Below, one piece after another: positions 60,008 through 64,000 of a DNA stretch of 64,000 nt (position 1 is the first letter of the stretch; each line of letters starts with the position of its first letter). Position numbers and translations under genes: made by a program. The notes beneath the pieces are model-generated. The model had not been told where the DNA came from. It saw only the letters and a list, made by a program, of their open reading frames with translations, and made no database searches. Source of the stretch: Auanema rhodensis. Taxonomy: Eukaryota; Animalia; Nematoda. Location: NCBI GenBank assembly GCA_964057225.1, contig OZ059900.1, forward strand, positions 13,888,001 to 13,952,000. The letters are read 5' to 3'.

Positions 60008-61402
60008 ACTGTTAATATATTCGACGTATTTAACCACTTCTTGTTGTTTCAAGGTTCCAAGATTTCTTAAACTGTTATTCTCGTTAAGATATTTCAAAAA
60101 TTTACTTAGTTGAACAAATTGTTTTGATAACTCAACATGATTTCATCTCAATTTGGACAAATGTTAAGATATCGTTTATTAATTACCTGTGTGAGTTTAC
60201 TTGAAACTATTTTGAAATCAACAATATGTTGTTTGATAAAACCATATCTATATATCTATATATATATCGACTATTGTTTTAATGTTTTCACTCGCATCTT
60301 AAAAAACTCGCAATCATGAACATTCTTTCAAAATTTGTCTGTCAAACCATTGTTGAAACGTTTCTATATATTTTTTGAATCTCAACAAGTAAGCCTCAAA
60401 GGCAAATCACCAAAATCCTTGTTTAACGACTTCAACAATTGATTCTTATGCCATTTTTTTTAATTAAAGAGTTTTATAAGATATTATTATAACTATTATT
60501 ATTAATATTCATTTATAATTATCTTTTTCAAACTGCATACTCGCACAATAAAATTATTAAAGTTTGGTGTTCACATCTCTTTGAACTAGATGTTCCAAGG
60601 TGAGGACATAGAAATAAGCAAATTCTCGGATTGACCAAGCTGACTCATGTTTTCTTCATAGTTACTAGAATTCAAATATGTTTCAGCTGCATATACTAAA
60701 CAGAAAAAAATAACATAATTGAAAGAATTTCTCCAAATCCTACAGACTTTTTGTATTTTCAATAAACTTTTTCACAATAAATATTGTTCAAAAAAGTTGT
60801 CAAAGTTTTCATTATCACAACTGTGAGATTTTGATTGTGTTCCTTGCTTAGTCATGCAGGTTCGGCACTTTTTATGAATTTCTTGACTTTTTGAAATCTC
60901 AGATCTGCGCTCTCACACAGCTCTGTCATAGTTTTCATAGTTTTTACTGACAACGATTTGAATAGGTAGCGTGTCTCATCATGTTCAGTTTCCATACTCT
61001 CTCGAAGGTTCTGCTAACTGTTTCTCCAAAAATGATTGTAATCCTCAACCACTTGCTAATTTGAAGCTCCTCTTGTAATTTTAAATAAATTTATAACAAA
61101 ACTCTTTGTCGTGTGTTATTTTGTTTATAAATGCTGTATTACTAAACGATAAAAGAAATAGTAATCACCAGCATTTATTTATATTTAAATAGATAACGCA
61201 TAAGATTAGATCAACTTGACCTTTACCTCCAACTATAACTAGAACTTTGGCTTCTTGTTTGTGAAAATGTTTCTAGAGCCTTTTTTGGAGAAAGCAATAT
61301 AGCGAAGCTAGCTATAGTTGCTTTTTCATGCGTTTCATTAAAAATTTAAGTTAACTTGTCTGTGATTATTCATTTTAGAAGATTGAACTCGACTACAACG
61401 CT

Positions 61403-61831
61403 ATGACCAACAATTCTTCTAGACACTATACCTTATGGTCAGCTTATATTCAGATTGTAATACTAGATGTAAGATTTTTAAATATTCACTTTTCTCAAGC
61501 TCAATCTAACAAAGGTTTACTTGCAGAACGGTCGAATTCAGACATATAGAATTAAACGGAGTGAGCCGATGTCGAAGATTTTCAATCACTATTTGGAAAG
61601 ACGTTGCACCGCTAACTTTGAAATGACGTTAGATTATCACTTCAATGTGTTAATTGGATTATATTTATTTAGCTTCTGGTACGATGGGCATAGGCTCAAC
61701 GGAATTGAGACACCATACAGCTTAGTATTGCACAGCGGAGACACGATTGAGGTAATTTTCAGGAACCTGCAAGTTGTGGTATGAAAAAAAACTTTCAGGT
61801 TCGAAGAACTGAAACATCTGATTTCTATTAG
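61403..61831 (+). CDS. SUMO-like protein lacking Gly-Gly, copy 4
   Basis: Codon 2 ACC. A private G>A change lies in intron 2; it appears as V>I only in the unspliced ORF track. Confidence 0.85.
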
Positions 61832-63225
61832 ACTGTTAATATATTCGACGTATTTAACCACTTCTTGTTGTTTCAAGGTTCCAAGATTTCTTAAACTGTT
61901 ATTCTCGTTAAGATATTTCAAAAATTTACTTAGTTGAACAAATTGTTTTGATAACTCAACATGATTTCATCTCAATTTGGACAAATGTTAAGATATCGTT
62001 TATTAATTACCTGTGTGAGTTTACTTGAAACTATTTTGAAATCAACAATATGTTGTTTGATAAAACCATATCTATATATCTATATATATATCGACTATTG
62101 TTTTAATGTTTTCACTCGCATCTTAAAAAACTCGCAATCATGAACATTCTTTCAAAATTTGTCTGTCAAACCATTGTTGAAACGTTTCTATATATTTTTT
62201 GAATCTCAACAAGTAAGCCTCAAAGGCAAATCACCAAAATCCTTGTTTAACGACTTCAACAATTGATTCTTATGCCATTTTTTTTAATTAAAGAGTTTTA
62301 TAAGATATTATTATAACTATTATTATTAATATTCATTTATAATTATCTTTTTCAAACTGCATACTCGCACAATAAAATTATTAAAGTTTGGTGTTCACAT
62401 CTCTTTGAACTAGATGTTCCAAGGTGAGGACATAGAAATAAGCAAATTCTCGGATTGACCAAGCTGACTCATGTTTTCTTCATAGTTACTAGAATTCAAA
62501 TATGTTTCAGCTGCATATACTAAACAGAAAAAAATAACATAATTGAGAGAATTTCTCCAAATCCTACAGACTTTTTGTATTTTCAATAAACTTTTTCACA
62601 ATAAATATTGTTCAAAAAAGTTGTCAAAGTTTTCATTATCACAACTGTGAGATTTTGATTGTGTTCCTTGCTTAGTCATGCAGGTCGGCACTTTTTATGA
62701 ATTTCTTGACTTTTTGAAATCTCAGATCTGCGCTCTCACACAGCTCTGTCATAGTTTTCATAGTTTTTACTGACAACGATTTGAATAGGTAGCGTGTCTC
62801 ATCATGTTCAGTTTCCATACTCTCTCGAAGGTTCTGCTAACTGTTTCTCCAAAAATGATTGTAATCCTCAACCACTTGCTAATTTGAAGCTCCTCTTGTA
62901 ATTTTAAATAAATTTATAACAAAACTCTTTGTCGTGTGTTATTTTGTTTATAAATGCTGTATTACTAAACGATAAAAGAAATAGTAATCACCAGCATTTA
63001 TTTATATTTAAATAGATAACGCATAAGATTAGATCAACTTGACCTTTACCTCCAACTATAACTAGAACTTTGGCTTCTTGTTTGTGAAAATGTTTCTAGA
63101 GCCTTTTTTGGAGAAAGCAATATAGCGAAGCTAGCTATAGTTGCTTTTTCATGCGTTTCATTAAAAATTTAAGTTAACTTGTCTGTGATTATTCATTTTA
63201 GAAGATTGAACTCGACTACAACGAT

Positions 63226-63654
63226 ATGACAAACAATTCTTCTAGACACTATACCTTATGGTCAGCTTATATTCAGATTGTAATACTAGATGTAAGATTT
63301 TTAAATATTCACTTTTCTCAAGCTCAATCTAACAAAGGTTTACTTGCAGAACGGTCGAATTCAGACATATAGAATTAAACGGAGTGAGCCGATGTCGAAG
63401 ATTTTCAATCACTATTTGGAAAGACGTTGCACCGCTAACTTTGAAATGACGTTAGATTATCACTTCAATGTGTTAGTTGGATTATATTTATTTAGCTTCT
63501 GGTACGATGGGCATAGGCTCAACGGAATTGAGACACCATACAGCTTAGTATTGCACAGCGGAGACACGATTGAGGTAATTTTCAGGAACCTGCAAGTTGT
63601 GGTATGAAAAAAAACTTTCAGGTTCGAAGAACTGAAACATCTGATTTCTATTAG
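63226..63654 (+). CDS. SUMO-like protein lacking Gly-Gly, copy 5
   Basis: Same protein; private C>A two bases before the ATG (63224). Confidence 0.85.
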
Positions 63655-64000
63655 ACTGTTAATATATTCGACGTATTTAACCACTTCTTGTTGTTTCAAG
63701 GTTCCAAGATTTCTTAAACTGTTATTCTCGTTAAGATATTTCAAAAATTTACTTAGTTGAACAAATTGTTTTGATAACTCAACATGATTTCATCTCAATT
63801 TGGACAAATGTTAAGATATCGTTTATTAATTACCTGTGTGAGTTTACTTGAAACTATTTTGAAATCAACAATATGTTGTTTGATAAAACCATATCTATAT
63901 ATCTATATATATATCGACTATTGTTTTAATGTTTTCACTCGCATCTTAAAAAACTCGCAATCATGAACATTCTTTCAAAATTTGTCTGTCAAACCATTGT

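Larger units (their letters stand above)
55628..64000. repeat. Tandem array of 1824/1823-bp units (4 complete plus 1 partial; runs off the window end)
   Basis: Units start at 55628, 57452, 59275, 61099 and 62922; ORF-track offsets are 1824, 1823, 1824, 1823; only a handful of differences between copies. Confidence 0.98.

Noticed and set aside
55628-64000. 5S rRNA/SL1, histone or rDNA array, or CRISPR
   Set aside because: No SL1 leader (GGTTTAATTACCCAAGTTTGAG), 5S, rRNA or histone sequence recognised; the DNA is eukaryotic and there are no short repeat-spacer units.

Overview
AT-rich eukaryotic DNA with compact multi-exon genes (most introns about 37-60 nt). The proteins identify it as a rhabditid-type nematode, so the ORF track shows only exon fragments; I spliced the genes by eye. 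Left to right: a chromodomain protein with an acidic tail (-), a divergent BTB-like gene (+), an SLC7 amino-acid transporter, cat-1/VMAT, two paralogous secreted Cys-rich proteins, a double alpha-arrestin-like gene, a CHH/ITP-family neurohormone precursor absent from the ORF track, a poorly resolved 9 kb stretch with cryptic exon chains, famk-1/FAM20C, a KChIP-like calcium sensor, MYRF, nucb-1 with a 59-residue Q/H tract, a small membrane protein with an LPTY motif, and gck-4/SLK. The last 8.4 kb is a near-identical tandem array of 1824/1823-bp units arranged as A/B dimers. Each unit carries an intact four-exon gene for a 92-aa SUMO-like protein lacking the C-terminal diglycine, which is the most unusual element here. 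No database searches were run; family assignments rest on recognised motifs.
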